From Vicugna vicugna (Eukaryota), in assembly GCA_013265495.1 (NCBI GenBank), contig MU058718.1, forward strand, positions 2,565,779 to 2,629,778: 64,000 nucleotides of DNA, in the 5' to 3' direction. Within the stretch, counting starts at the first letter, position 1. Each line of letters begins with the position of its first letter. Under the pieces are notes generated by a model. The model made no database searches. It saw only the letters and a list, made by a program, of their open reading frames with translations, and had not been told where the DNA came from. Positions 1 to 12,650 of this stretch are shown here, one piece after another. Made by a program: the position numbers and the translations under genes.

Positions 1-1310
1 ACTTAGTCTTCCCCCCATGGTTACCTATTTAGGTTTTCCTTTTTCTGTCATAATTATGTTACAATGAGTATCTTTGTCTGAAAGCTTTTTTCTATGCTGA
101 TTCTTCTGCTAGGATATGTTCCTAGAAATGGGCTATGCCAGAAAGGAGGGTTTAGACAACCATCTGTGATCCAGACCTCAGAGCTGAATCCTGAGCTAGG
201 TGTACCCGCTGGATACAGGTTTTCGTTTTCCAGTGTGTAGTGTTTTCAGGTCCAAAGTCCTAATGAGGCTGGTGATCTGGAAGGCCACTTTAAATTTTCT
301 GCCATGGACAATTTCTCCATTTCTTTATCCTTCTCCCCTGTTCATCTTACCACCTTGAAGTTCCCCTTGGAAAAGATTTGTCCAGAGCCTACGGTCCTGA
401 ATCTGAATCATTTATTTCACTCACAGAAGCGTGTAACCAAACTAGAAACCAGGTACCACGAGCCTGGACTGTGGGACTGAATTAAAACCGCCCAGGACAG
501 GAAGGAGAGGCTGATGTGGCCACTCAGACATCCGAGCCAAGGGCAACATGGAGAGAGGCCTGTGCTCACTGCCTGGAGCTATTTACTAGTAATGTGCTGT
601 CAAACATCTTTTCATGTATTTCTTACTGTGAACACTTCATGAAGCCAAAGTTTGAAGGGAAAGGAGAAATATGAAAATCTGAAACCTCATTTGAATAAAT
701 GAATATACTTAGCTATAGCAATCTATAATCAAACTTGAAGGGAGCAGTTGTTTTAGGTTGAATTTGAAATTTATTTCATTAAAGCTATTTCTATTAGTTT
801 CTACCTTTGGTCTTTAGGATTTGATTCTGGTGTTTTTACTGCCCAGGAAACTGAGAGGTGGAGCATGAAAGTTATAGTTGTTCCTGACTCAAAATATGTT
901 AATGTAAGTATCGACCTTCGCATCAGGGCTAGTAAATCTTGCCAAATCCTAGCTTGCTGTGTACAGTCTGCAAGCTAAGAATATTTATTTGTCTGTGTAT
1001 TTAATATAAGCTTTTTCCATCAAAGTCTTAGTTCCCTAAGGGTAGTGAGTGCACCTTTCTTTTTCATGTGTCCATCTAAGTTCATAATAAGCACTTAACA
1101 AATTCTTCTCTAGTAAGGGATGTCTATCTATATATGTAATATTTATAAATGTATAAATGACACTGTTTAGAGTAGGCTCAATTACCATGGGAATCTAAAA
1201 TTTATGAAATATTTTTATTTATATTTTAATGGCTTTTCATAAAAATATGTCATCTAGAATACATTCCCATATGTAAAATGAATAGAATATATGAGGAAGA
1301 TAGTGGACTC

Positions 1311-2405
1311 TTTTTTTCGTTTCCCAGTTTTATTGAAATCTGACTGACATATAACATTGTATTAGTTTTAGGTGTACAGCATGATGATTTGATATGTGTG
1401 TGTATTGTGAAATGATCACCACAATGAGTTTAGCTAAATGTCCATCACCTCACGTAGTTAACAAAAAATTTGTTTTCTTCGGATGAGAGCTTTGAAGATC
1501 TACTCTCTTAGCTCCTTTCAAATATGATAGAGTATTGTTAACTTTAGTCTCCATGCTGTACTTTACATCTCAGAATTTATTCGTCTTATACTGGGAAGTT
1601 TCTATCTTTTGACCACCTTCACCCAGTTCCCCCAACTCCTACCCCACCCCCAGCCTCTGGCAACCACCAATCTATTCCCTGTTTCTATGAGTTTTTTTTT
1701 TTTCAGATTCCACATATAAGTGAGATCATATAGTAGTTGTTTTTCTGAGTTGTTTCACTTAGCGCAATGCCCTCAAGTTCCATCCATGTTGTTGCAAATG
1801 GCAGAATTTCCTTCTTTTTTATGGCTGACTAATATTTGGTGTGTATATGTATACACATCACATTTTCTTTATCCATTCATCTGTCAGTGGACACTTATGT
1901 TGTTTCCATGTCCTGGCTGTTGTAAATAATGCTGTGAAGACCATGGGAGTGCAGATATCTCTTGGACATGGTGACTTCATTTACTTTGGTTAAATACCCA
2001 AGAGTGGAATTGCTGGATCATGTGGTAGCTCTGTTTTTAATTTTTTAAGGACCTCCATACTGTTTCCCACAGTGGCTGCACCAATTTGCATTCCCATCAG
2101 CAGTGCGCAAGAGTTTCCTTTTGTCTGCATTCTTGACAGTGCTTACTATCCCTTGTCTTTTTGATGATACCATTCTAACAGGTGTAAGGTAATATCTCAT
2201 TGTGGTTTTGGTTTGCATTTCCCTGCTGATTAATGATGATGAGTACCTTTTCATGTACCTGTTGGCCATATGTCTATCTTCTTTAGAAAAAATGTCTGCC
2301 TGTTTTTTAACTGGATTTTTCTTTTATTTCTTTTTTTTTTTTTTTGGCTATTGAATTGTATGAGTTCTTTATATATTTTCGGTATTAACCCCTGATCAGA
2401 TACCT
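1311..2405 (-). mobile_element. 5'-truncated LINE-1 (3' UTR and end of ORF2)
   Basis: Begins with a T-tract and typical L1 3' end; minus ORF 2045..2269 ([33 protein letters not shown]) is L1 ORF2 C-terminal sequence. Confidence 0.9.
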
Positions 2406-2447
2406 AGCTAGCTCACAATATGTTAATATAAGTATCCATCTCTGTAT

Positions 2448-2771
2448 CAGGGCTAGCAAACCTTGCCAAGCCCTAGCCTGCTTTTGTACAGTCTTTGAGC
2501 TAAGATTCATTTTTAGATGTTTAAAGGTCAGGAAAAAAAATCAAAAGGAAAATAATATTTTGTGACATGTTAAAATTACATGAAATTCAAACTTTCGTGT
2601 CCATAAATCAAGCTGTATTGGAGCACAGCCGTGCCTCTTTGCTTATGTATGGTCTGTGGCTGCTTCTGTGCTAGGATGGCAGAGTTGAGTAGTTGTGACA
2701 GAGCCCATATGGCCTGCAAGACCTAAAATATTTACTCTCTGGCCTTTATGGAAAAAGTTTGCTGACTCCTG
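2448..2771. mobile_element. MER58B-like hAT DNA transposon
   Basis: Termini CAGGGCTAGCAAAC and GTTTGCTGACTCCTG; internal ggcagagttgagtagttgtgacagag and aaatatttactctctggccttta are typical of MER58. Confidence 0.8.
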
Positions 2772-5234
2772 CTCTGGTGCATTAGAGACAGAGCCTTACA
2801 CATCTTAACACCCTGACCACAGGGTTCTGTTGACAGTAGAAGATATAAGAAAGCTGTCCCAGATGACGTGAAGTCAAGAATTGAATTTCTATTGGCTAAA
2901 TGTGTAGATGCCCCTAAATCATGCAGGATGAGGAGAGAGCTGTTCATCAAGTGTCAGAGAAAGAATTAAAGATAAATATGATAAATGATTACATGGAAAT
3001 GGGCACTTAGGATGTAAAATGAACTGCTACAGGTCCAAAATGGGGAAGGCCTGAGGGAAAGCATGGCATTAGCATTCTAATGAATGTTATCAAGTCACAG
3101 TGTTAAATAGTAACTCACATTCTCAAGAGAAGCAAACACAGGCAAGCTTTATAACAAGGACACTCCTATCAACTTGAAAACAATGCTTCCCTCAAGCTCA
3201 GGGGCAGTGCTTTATAGTTCTTTGGATCCCCTCACCAGGCATTCCATAAAGGCTGTTGACTTGTGAGTTGATATGTGATGGTGTCTGGATTTGGGAACTC
3301 CAAGCTCTAAAAAGACATGGAAACGGGAATTCTACAAAGATAATTGTAAGTGGGGAGAAATAGGTACATGAAAAATGGCCCCCAAAGCTGGTGTGTTTAA
3401 ACTGCAGAATAAAGAAGGAGCAGCTTTGATGCTGTAGAAACCAACTGGATGTGAAACAGCAGGTTTGGTCTTTAATGCCTGGCTTGCCACTTATCAGCAA
3501 GTACTGTAACCCATCTAAGCTTCTATATCTAGGATTCCTTATCCATGCAATAGAACTATCTCCTTAATTGATTTTTTGAAGGAATTAAATGAGATAATGT
3601 TAAAAGAGCTTTGTAAATTCCAAAACACAAACAGATGGGGGGCAATGTTATTGACAGTAAGTGGGGCTGTGACCATGATGATCCTCTAGTACTGAAGAAT
3701 TATTCTATACAGTTGTTAGGTTTGTGCACTGCACGAAAGGTTGAAGCCAAGAAGGCCACTGGGGGCTTGGGAAGCTTCTCTGGCTTAGGCTGAATTCATC
3801 AGGAAGAAGAGAACATTTTTCTCACACTAAGGCATCTTCTGCTTGCCAGAACACTCACCCACCCAGAAGGGGTATATTTTCCCATTCATTCTCATGAAGG
3901 TGCTGTGTAGGTTTTATGTATTGATACGTAAATACACAGCAGCACTATATATTCAACTGTAGTCAAGGGGACAATGCTAGATAGTTGTTTTCCATTTCCT
4001 TGGAGGAGATGGAATGTTTGCTGAACTTGAAGCAAAGGAGAGCTCAGGCAAAGAGAAGATTTCTGTTGATCTAAGAGCACTCAAACATTAGACCACTTGA
4101 GGTAAGAACAGAATATCCATCTTTGCAAAATCTTTTAAGACAAAATAGAAAACCTTCCAAGTGTCTGCCATCTAGACACCTCCCTGATGCTCTTTCTGGT
4201 TCTGATTCTCACATTATTCTGTGATTAAAAGGTCTGCCATATGGCTTCTCTGTGCTTTATTTAGCAGAGGAAAAAAAGTTTCTTTATCTTAGTTAGATTT
4301 GTATTTATTAAACCCCAAACTATATTGCATGGTAATAATAAGTTTTTAAAAAAGCAGGAAATATTTGAAACTTTGGGGAGTCTTTATAAATGTCTTATGT
4401 CCTGTGCATAGAACTTATCTACAAAATTTTTTCTGATATTTATTGCTCAATCCATCCAATTTTTTAAACTAGCCTGTGAGGAAGGCTTCCCACGTGGTAA
4501 CGCTTCCTCTGTATTAGCAAGAAGCTGAGGTTAGCAGTCAACAACATGGTCGATAGGCATCAGCAGAGATAACACTGCTTGCTCTGAGCCAGGAGTGGAA
4601 ATAAAAGCCACAGGTAAGCTCTTGGCCTGGGCCAGATGTACCTTCCAATGATCCCAGGGTGCTGATTTCCCTTCCACTTTTGGAAACCCTGCAGAAATTG
4701 TAGCTGAACATTTCTGGGCTGAAATGATGGCTTCACTCTCAGGACTACTTTAGGCAGAGGACTCTCTGCTTTTGATATATTTTTTGCAAAGCCAGTGATC
4801 TTTTATCTGTATAAATTTGCCCCATTGAGGACCATCTGTTTTTTTCAGTGATAGCAAATGGCCCACAACGTGAATACTGCTTAAAATGCATTCAGTGACT
4901 GAAGGAGCTCTCAAACACTTCTAATATAGAAGAGTTTACATTATAAATGCCTTTATATGTTGTATAGTCTTTTACAACAACTCTGTGAGACACAGACAGA
5001 TATGATCCTTGTTTAACAAATGAGGAAATACAGTCAGAAGAAAGTTAAATGTCAGAATCAGACTCACACAAGAAGTCAGGAGCTAAATCAAATTCACCCT
5101 GTTTTTCTTGGTCAGGTTCTTTTTTGGGCTACTCTCTGAATAACAAGCAGAAAAAAAGAAGCTTATTTCTGGCTATTCTGAAAGATAAATAAGCAGACAC
5201 CACCACCAGGTCACATTAGATGTTCAGTTATATT

Positions 5235-5364
5235 TTTTTAATTCTGGGGGTAAGGTAATTAGGTTTTTATTTATTTACTTATTTTAACGGAGGTACTGGG
5301 GATTGAACCCAGGACCTCATGTGTGCTAAGCAAGCGCTCTACCACTGAGCCATACCCTTCCCCC
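5235..5364 (-). mobile_element. tRNA-derived SINE (camelid Vic-type), long-tail form
   Basis: A/B-box tRNA-like head on the - strand; perfect 18-bp TSD TAGATGTTCAGTTATATT at 5217-5234 and 5365-5382. Confidence 0.9.
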
Positions 5365-6249
5365 TAGATGTTCAGTTATATTAGTTCAGGTAATCTTCTT
5401 ACTGCTGCATTCTCTTACATCATACGGTTTAAAAATTATTTTCAGGGGCCTTTGAGTAGAGCATAGGCTAAGATAGGAAGATCTTGACCTACTTTTAATG
5501 TTCTTCATTTCTCTAGATTTAAACCTCTAGGGGTTATTTTCAGTCCATCATCAACCAATAAAACTCCCCACTCATACCAAATACTTGCCCTTGAGAAATT
5601 TACCGTTGAGTCAGGGAGGCTGTTTATACATATTTAAAATGGAAAATATGAGTGCAATCGCAGTGTCTGAAGCTGATAAACACAACTGTGATTCCATTAA
5701 CTCTAAGTCTTGGTGGAAATTGACTAAAAGTCTAATTTCTTCTGAAGGCTTTCTTCCCAAATAAATCTTGAGATGCCCAGAGATCCACTGTTGTGCCTCA
5801 GATTTAGTCTTGGTTATGGAAGCAACAATGAGTGACAAAACCAAGGTTCTGAACTGCTGGTTCTGACAGCCCTTAGAGGTGTCTCTCTGATAGTGGAGTG
5901 CTGCTCACCCTGCATGGCCACTGCCACCTGGCCACCACCAAGAGGACAGTTGGCTTGTCCCTTCCAAGGTTGAGAATACTTCTATATTGTTCTCCATCTG
6001 TGCAGAGGAGGGAGACCTGTTCGCTGAACACATTCTTGTTGAGCATCTGTTATGTGCCAAGTACTGTTACATCTAGAAACCAGGTACTGAACATCTAGGA
6101 TAGTGGTGAGCAAGACAAAGTTCCTCTTCTCGTGACACTTGTGTTTCTAGTGGAGGAGAGAGACAGTAAACAGTTTTGTCAAAACAAAGTCCTAAAGAAG
6201 CAGTTTACCATGAGGGTGGTAGTCACTTTTTGATGCAGTATCATTAGTA

Positions 6250-6550
6250 AAGGTCAGAGAAAGACAGACATGTATGAGAATAATTACAAATATTAAAAAA
6301 ATGGAACCGATTTTGTATTCAATATTTCATCAGTCTAGACCCAATCAGGAGAATAAATCTCAAAGGACTGATCTGATCAGTTTTAAGTAACCAAGTGACT
6401 TTTATCCCCTTTATTGATTAATTGCTCTGTCTTTTTTTTGGTGTATTTACCCAAGCACAAGAAAATGCATTAAGTATTATTGGACTCCATCTTAGATGGC
6501 CAGGAAATAGTCTAGGGCAATTTTATTATTTATAACTACTTTAGGCCACA
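6250..6550 (-). pseudogene. ERV env transmembrane-subunit remnant (immunosuppressive domain, CX6CC relic, membrane anchor)
   Basis: Reverse complement of 6481-6545 reads KVVINNKIALDYFLAI*DGV, then after a frameshift IILNAFSCAWVNT. This matches the gamma-type TM pattern xVVLxNRxALDYLLAxQGGVC-x6-CCxW/YxN. Stops and frameshifts are present. Confidence 0.85.
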
Positions 6551-7660
6551 AATGTATACTAGCCTGATAAGCAACTCAAGTTTGCATTGCTTTTAATTTG
6601 ATAGTGGGGCCATTGTCATAGATGAATTGTGGATCTCACATTATAGTTCAGGAACCCTTGTGTAAACCAATGGAATCAGCTATATTGGACAACTTTTGGA
6701 AAGTTGTTATATAAAACTCTTGATAAAGTATGAGAAAATGAAAGAATTCAAATGCTTTGAATACTTGGAAAGAGTAGATTACCACGCCCAAAGAACAGAT
6801 CACATTTTGATATGGTAAGGACAGGAAGGCTCTTTGATTAGTCAAAAAAAAAAATAGAATCAGGAACAGCCATTGAGGTTCTGTTTAATGAGAAGAGGTA
6901 CTGACGACAGTTTGATCTTAATTAGCCTAGTGGTGGTGAATTATCTATCAATTAAGACAACATTTAGAATCTATTATTCATACAGCACCAAGTATACATT
7001 GATCATTCTTAAGATGTACTGATTGGCAAATAGTATCATGTTAGGGTTGTCATTTGGGTCAAACATCAGCTAAATCAGAACAGGGCATGCTTAGAGCAGC
7101 TCTTAGATGTCATTAGATTAATATGTATTAGGGAAGGTAGAGTTACTGAGTTTCAATCAGAGCAGCGTTTAACCACTCTGTAGGAAACAGACAAAACAAG
7201 AATTTTATAGGTGATAATCAGATAGCCTAAAGTGCTGGTTATTGTTTGGCTGCCTCTAGCAGATAAATGGGGTGGATAAGCCTCAGTTAGGGGGGTCAAG
7301 AAAAACATAAGCAATGGGCTTATGGTAAGCATCCAGTTTTGAATAAGTACTCTTCAAATATAACTTTGCTCTGAATGCACAATGATTAAGAAGGGGTTGG
7401 CATAGGTCGAAATGTCCAAATTTGGGGGTTAGTCTAGTTTTTGCTTAAGGAAGGAAAAGGCTCATTTGGCACATGGATTCAGAAGGTAGGCATTGACACA
7501 ATGGTATCAGCCACGTGTGGTGTTGACAAAGCTTGTTAACATATGAAGAGCATGAAACATACCTTATTATTTTAGTGTCACTCCTTGCATAAGGTGAAGG
7601 GATGCATCTTTTCAGTTACCCAGGGACTATCTGGAGAACTTCAGATACAGTTTAGATTCA

Positions 7661-7755
7661 GGAGGTGGGGTATAGCTCAGTGGTAGAGCATATGCTTAGC
7701 ATGTGTGAGGTCCTGGGTTTAATCCCCAGTACCTCTGTTTAAAAAAAAAAAAAAA
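7661..7755 (+). mobile_element. tRNA-derived SINE, short poly(A) form
   Basis: GGGTATAGCTCAGTGGTAGAG...GGGTTTAATCCCCAG followed by A15; degenerate TSD agtttagattca/agcttagatgca. Confidence 0.9.
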
Positions 7756-7839
7756 GCTTAGATGCAAAAGAATCATAACAGGTTTTTTTAAAATAAAATT
7801 TGAGTTTTGGGTTCAAATTTAGGAAAGACAAGAAAGGAG

Positions 7840-8180
7840 TCTATGTGCATCAGGTGGTGCGATTGGAATAATTGTGCAGCATCTGCAGGGTGGTTTGGAG
7901 TGAACATGGTCTGCAACCAAGGAAATGAGTTATGAAACATCGCAGTGATCTAGGCATGAGGTGATGAGGGCCCAGATGAGAACCTGTCACTGAGACCGGA
8001 AAGGAAGGAACAGATGTGAAGCAGCAAATGCAGTGAGAACTGGCTGGACTTTGTGGCTTCCCGAGAGAGAGCGCACGGGAAAAGTCAGAGGTGATGTCTA
8101 GCTTTTGATCCCAGGTCACTGGGAGAGAGCAGAGGAACCCGGGACAGAGATGGGTTTGCAGCATAGTAGAGCTGAGATTA
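7840..8180 (-). mobile_element. LINE-2 fragment
   Basis: Purine-rich L2-like motifs such as gcagtgatctaggcatgaggtgatgagggcc and gtcagaggtgatgtctagcttttga. Confidence 0.6.
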
Positions 8181-8199
8181 AAAAGGCATGGGATTTCTT

Positions 8200-8360
8200 T
8201 CTATTTCTTTAATTTTGTACCTATATGAGATGATGGATGTTCACTAAACTTACTGTGATAATTACTTCATGGTGTATGTAAATCAAATCATTATGCTGTA
8301 TACCTTAAACTTATGCAGTGCTGCCTGTCAGTTATATTTCAATAAAACTGGAAGAAAAAA
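8200..8360 (+). mobile_element. Old L1 (L1MC-like) 3' end
   Basis: gatggatgttcactaaacttactgtg...tataccttaaactt...caataaaactggaagaaaaaa. Confidence 0.75.
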
Positions 8361-11069
8361 ACTTAGGATTTCCTAAGTGAAAAAAAAATTAAATAAATAA
8401 ATTTAAAAGAATCAGATTTTCAAAAAAAAAAAACAGGCAGGAGAAAAGGCAAGTGTAATCTGGTAAAGGAAGAGATAGAAGGAAAGACATGTTTCCATTC
8501 ATTCATTCATTACATCACTTCATTCCACAATGGATCTGAAACCACTTGTGAAATTATGTAGAATATAAATAGATGAGGGACCTGATAGATGAGAGAAGTA
8601 AGTGGAAGAAGTATCAAACCCAGATGTGATATTAGCACATGAGTTGACACACTGCAGACACTACACTGCGTGTGACTAGGGTTATTGTGTAAATTTGGCT
8701 TCTTAATAACCTGCACAGGAAAAGGAGCTCTACCAGTCGTGGATTCTCAGTATCCATGAAAATGGATCTACTGTTTAGTAGGAGCATGGCTTTCCATGAC
8801 ATTGACACGTGAATATTTTCCTGCTGTTCACAGAAAGACACAATGATGTAACACGATATATTCTGCCTAATCCCTACAGGGATTTGTGATGGAGGAAATG
8901 TATTAATATATGAATGCCACTGGCCTTTCCCTCTTCCCTGCTCCTTAAGGAGTATTCTGGCTTTGCTCACATAGTTCCTTCTCGTCATGCATCATGTAAA
9001 GACAGTTCTGCCTTTGCAGAGTTTTAATTTTTTTTTCTGGATTTTGTGGATGACTAATTGAGAGGAAGTGGAAAGGGATGGGACCCCAAGGTATAGGTCT
9101 GAACTTGAGGTCGGGGGAGGGACACTTTTAGGAGGTTTTGGAGAAGAAGTTGGCTTGGAGGAGCCATGAGGCAAGAAAGAAGCACAAGGAGAACCAAATG
9201 GTTTTAAGAAACACTGCTATTGATTATGTATCTCCTTCATAACGTTTGAGAAATACTAATCAGGGATTGTTTTATTTTGAAATTTTAGTTAGTTGTTGAA
9301 GTTTCTTCCATGGATGTTGATACCACTCTGAGACTGAGGATGTGGGTCCTTGTGTCATTATGATATGGCGGATATGGCGGGGGGCTGCCAGATGGGATGC
9401 TGGATTTGTAGTGCTGCACGCCAGCTGTGCGCTTAGACTGACGTCACTGCAGATCTGAGCTGAGAGCACAGTTTCTCTCTGATGGTTAGACCAAGAACCC
9501 AGGTGGCCTTGAAACATTGGAACAAGGGCCAAACTTAAGACTTCATCCACTTGGAGTTGCAAACTAAGGGATAATGTGTTCACTAAATAAAGGTTGTCTC
9601 CTTAGGAACAAGACAAAACAAAACAAGAAGGCTCAAAAAATGGCAACTTGTTGGGTTCTAGGTCAATATAGATGAGTGCTTACTTTCTTAGGATAACTCT
9701 AAGAAAAGGTATAGGCCAGATCCACGCTCTGCATGGCGGGGATTGTCCCAGTAGTACTTCATCTAGAGGACGTTTCTTTGTGAGGGCTGCAAAAAATGAG
9801 TATTCCCAGCCTCTCCTTCCCAAACCTCCACCCGTCCCCAAAGAAGATTCTGGCTTTGGCCAATTAGTTTTTCTTCTTCCCTGTATTCTAAGCAGGGTCC
9901 TCCTGCCTTTAGGACACCAGTTCTGAGGCTTCATAATGAAGAATTGATAAGAAAAAGTGCAGAAGGGGGAAGGACTATGGGTAGGCAGAGCAGGAAAGTC
10001 AGGAATCTTCTAGGGATTTAGGAGTTGAGAGACTCTGTAGGAACTGTAGTTATGATGGTTGAACACAGGTGGCATTTTTTCTGATTGCTTTATTTATTAC
10101 TTTTTTACAACTTTATTAAAGAATAGTTGACAAATAATTAACTTCACATATTTAAAGTGTACTTTTGATAAATTTTGATATATGTAGACCTTCAAGAAAT
10201 TATCACCACAATCAAGATTGTGAACTTATAGATGAGATTTTAAGAAATATTCTGTGAAATGTGTGTTGCCTTTGCTGTGATTAATAAACATGTTAGAGTT
10301 TGCATTATTTTGAAATTACTTTTCAGTTGCTGGACTTCTTTGACTAGAGCTCCTCTCAGATTCTGAGCCATTTGCTTCAGTAGAGTTATGTGTGATACAG
10401 AATTTTGATGACTGTTTGTTCAATTGAAAATATAACTTCAGAATATAATTTGATGGCTGATGGGCACCTTGGGAGAGGAAAGGAGGCATGACAGTACAGC
10501 CATGGTTGCTGGACAGTCTGCTCGAGCCCAGGGCACAATTTCTAACCTCCAGTAGAATGATGGATGAAGTGCCTTTTGGCAAACTCCATTCTTGAGCTGA
10601 GCTTTGGATAAGTCTTGGACCACAGAGAGTTGAAAGTTGTAATATTTAGCAAAAACTTGGAGTAGTGATATTCTGGGTTGCTAATTAAAACCAGATCCAA
10701 ATGCCTTGGCAATCAGTAGAGCTGAGGGCAGGAGTATGATCTTTACTGAAATTAGGAGACCAACCAGGACAGTTGTCTGGAAAGAACTATGGCAGAAGTA
10801 AAATCATCCTCAGGAAACAATTCTGGGGCCACTTTAACTTATGGAAAAGAAGTAAAGACTCGGACCCCGAACTTCTATGGTATGGAATAGATCATTTTAG
10901 ATTAGAAACTTTTAAAAGAAGATAATACTAATTTCCCTCCAAAGTCATAAAAAATTAAATAAAATTATCCTAGAACGACTGATTCTAAGCAGTCTATCTT
11001 TCTGGTTTGCACTCCAGTATAAATTAATTGTACATTGAATCCCCAGCTAAACCACTTAACTTGACTTAC

Positions 11070-11600
11070 TGCATCCGGATACTTTCAACGGTGAATAACA
11101 GAGACCCAGACTCAACTGGCCCAAACAATAAAGGATTTATTACCCCATTTAACAAATCCACAGGTTGAGCAGCCCCAGAGCTGGTTAGTTTAGTGACTAA
11201 AAGACATCATCAGAGTCCTTCTAGCTTTCCACTATATTAAGGTATCTGCCTCCTCTTCAGGTTGGCTCTTCTCCTGTCACAAGATGGCTGTAGGAGCACC
11301 AAGTATCCCATAATTATTCAACAACATCCAGTGGCAATAAAGTAATTCCTCATCTTTGTTTACCTTTTTAAGATCAAGTATAATATGTCCCCAAAGCCCC
11401 TCAGCTGGCTCCCCTTCATATCTCACTGGCCTGACTGGTGGCTTTGTCCACACCCAAATGAATTACCTGCAAGCCAAATGGGACCACCTGGCCAGATATA
11501 GAACAATCAAGATCTAACCCTGAGCCACTGAGGGAGAGATGGCTACTGAAACAAAATCAGGATTCCACTAACAGAGAAAAAGGGGAAGCAACTGCTTCTG
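11070..11600. mobile_element. MLT1-type MaLR LTR
   Basis: Motifs aacagagacccagactcaactggc..., cacaagatggctg and aacaaaatcaggattc. Confidence 0.65.
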
Positions 11601-12134
11601 TCATTGAGAATTATGGATAGAATCTGTTTAAAATTGGAAACATATGTCAAAGTTGATTACTTTTTATTGAGATTCATTTTTAATCCATGATTTCTGGCAA
11701 AAATTTATTAGCAAGACTAATAGTCTATAAAGACCACTCCTAGTACATTGCATGCAGTAAAACCATATCCTTTGCAGAGAGAATATGTGTTTCAATTCTT
11801 AATAGCAGGGATTTAATCATTAAAATTCAAGTTAAAAAAGAGACACAGAACACCTCTCTTCTGCAGTGCCACAGATGGTTATCCGGTCAATTAGAAGATG
11901 AGTCTTACCAACCCTGACCCCTAGGATCTATGAAGAGATGAGTTTTGCATGAGTATGATAACATGGAGGCTCAGTACTAAGTTCATTCAGCCTAACCCTT
12001 TCAGGCTCATGACCATAGAACCATGGCTAAAGAAAGGTCAAAAGCAACCGCAAGCAATTTTTGTCATTCTTGTCTTTGTAAGGAAACGGAGAGCAGGAGC
12101 AATGTTAAGAGTCATTATCAGACACCGGCATCAG

Positions 12135-12650
12135 GTGTCACCTGGTTTTGTTCAAGCCCCACTGTGGGAGCCAGCACTGCTTTGGGCTCAGAGAAACTGT
12201 GCAAGTGCACCCTGACAGCGCCCCCCACCCCCACATGTTTACCCTCTTGTCTCCAGCCTCATAGCTTCCCTACTGATGTTGAGGTGTGGGACAGACCCTA
12301 TTCAGTACTCACCCATGGGAACCTGGAGGTGCAGAAGTCAGTAATGCTCCATGGAGCAAACGTTTGACCAATAGAAGAAGGGAACAGGGGATAAATTCTT
12401 CTTCCTTTATCCCTCCCCTAGACACAGCTCACATTATGGCTTTTTAAAGGACAGTCCAAAGAGTAACAAGGCATTAGTTGAATTTAATGGCAGAAAACTC
12501 TATCTGGTAGCCCTACGTTGGCTCTCCTTCCTGCCTGCCTCCCTCTCCTTGTCTGTCAGGCCTGCTACCTGAGCGCACACCCCCTAAGAGAGTAATAACA
12601 TCGAAAGCAGCATTGGGCTCTGCTTTGTGGGGAACTCAGGTTAAGTCAGC
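12135..12650 (+). mobile_element. LTR16-like ERVL solo LTR
   Basis: cagtactcacccatgggaacctggaggtgcag...tttgaccaat...ggataaat...ggctctgctttgtggggaactcaggttaagtca resembles the LTR16 consensus. Confidence 0.7.

Larger units (their letters stand above)
6200..10850 (-). mobile_element. Decayed class I (gamma-type) endogenous retrovirus internal region: integrase and env remnants
   Basis: Minus-strand hand translation with frameshifts. IN-like: DHTPALSS...IAKAFG (~10690-10740), ILLEVRNCALGSSRLS (~10510-10560), GDNLYL...FQGHLGSWSNHQR (~9475-9605). Env SU-like: AYVFL...AYP...STLGYL (~7220-7315). TM: KVVINNKIALDYFLA, IILNAFSCAWVNT, KVTWL, DLFS*LGL and a hydrophobic anchor (~6260-6545). Confidence 0.75.

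Noticed and set aside
7661..7740. tRNA gene-like sequences here and at seven other sites
   Set aside because: They are SINE heads with A-rich tails and TSDs, not tRNA genes.
9398..9409. TGC TGG ATT TGT (CWIC), resembling the env SU CXXC motif
   Set aside because: It is on the + strand while all other ERV motifs are on the - strand, with no supporting context; treated as coincidence, although a small inversion cannot be excluded.
6200..9450. Possible syncytin-like captured env gene
   Set aside because: Multiple stops, frameshifts, loss of CX6CC cysteines and nested repeats; no long ORF.
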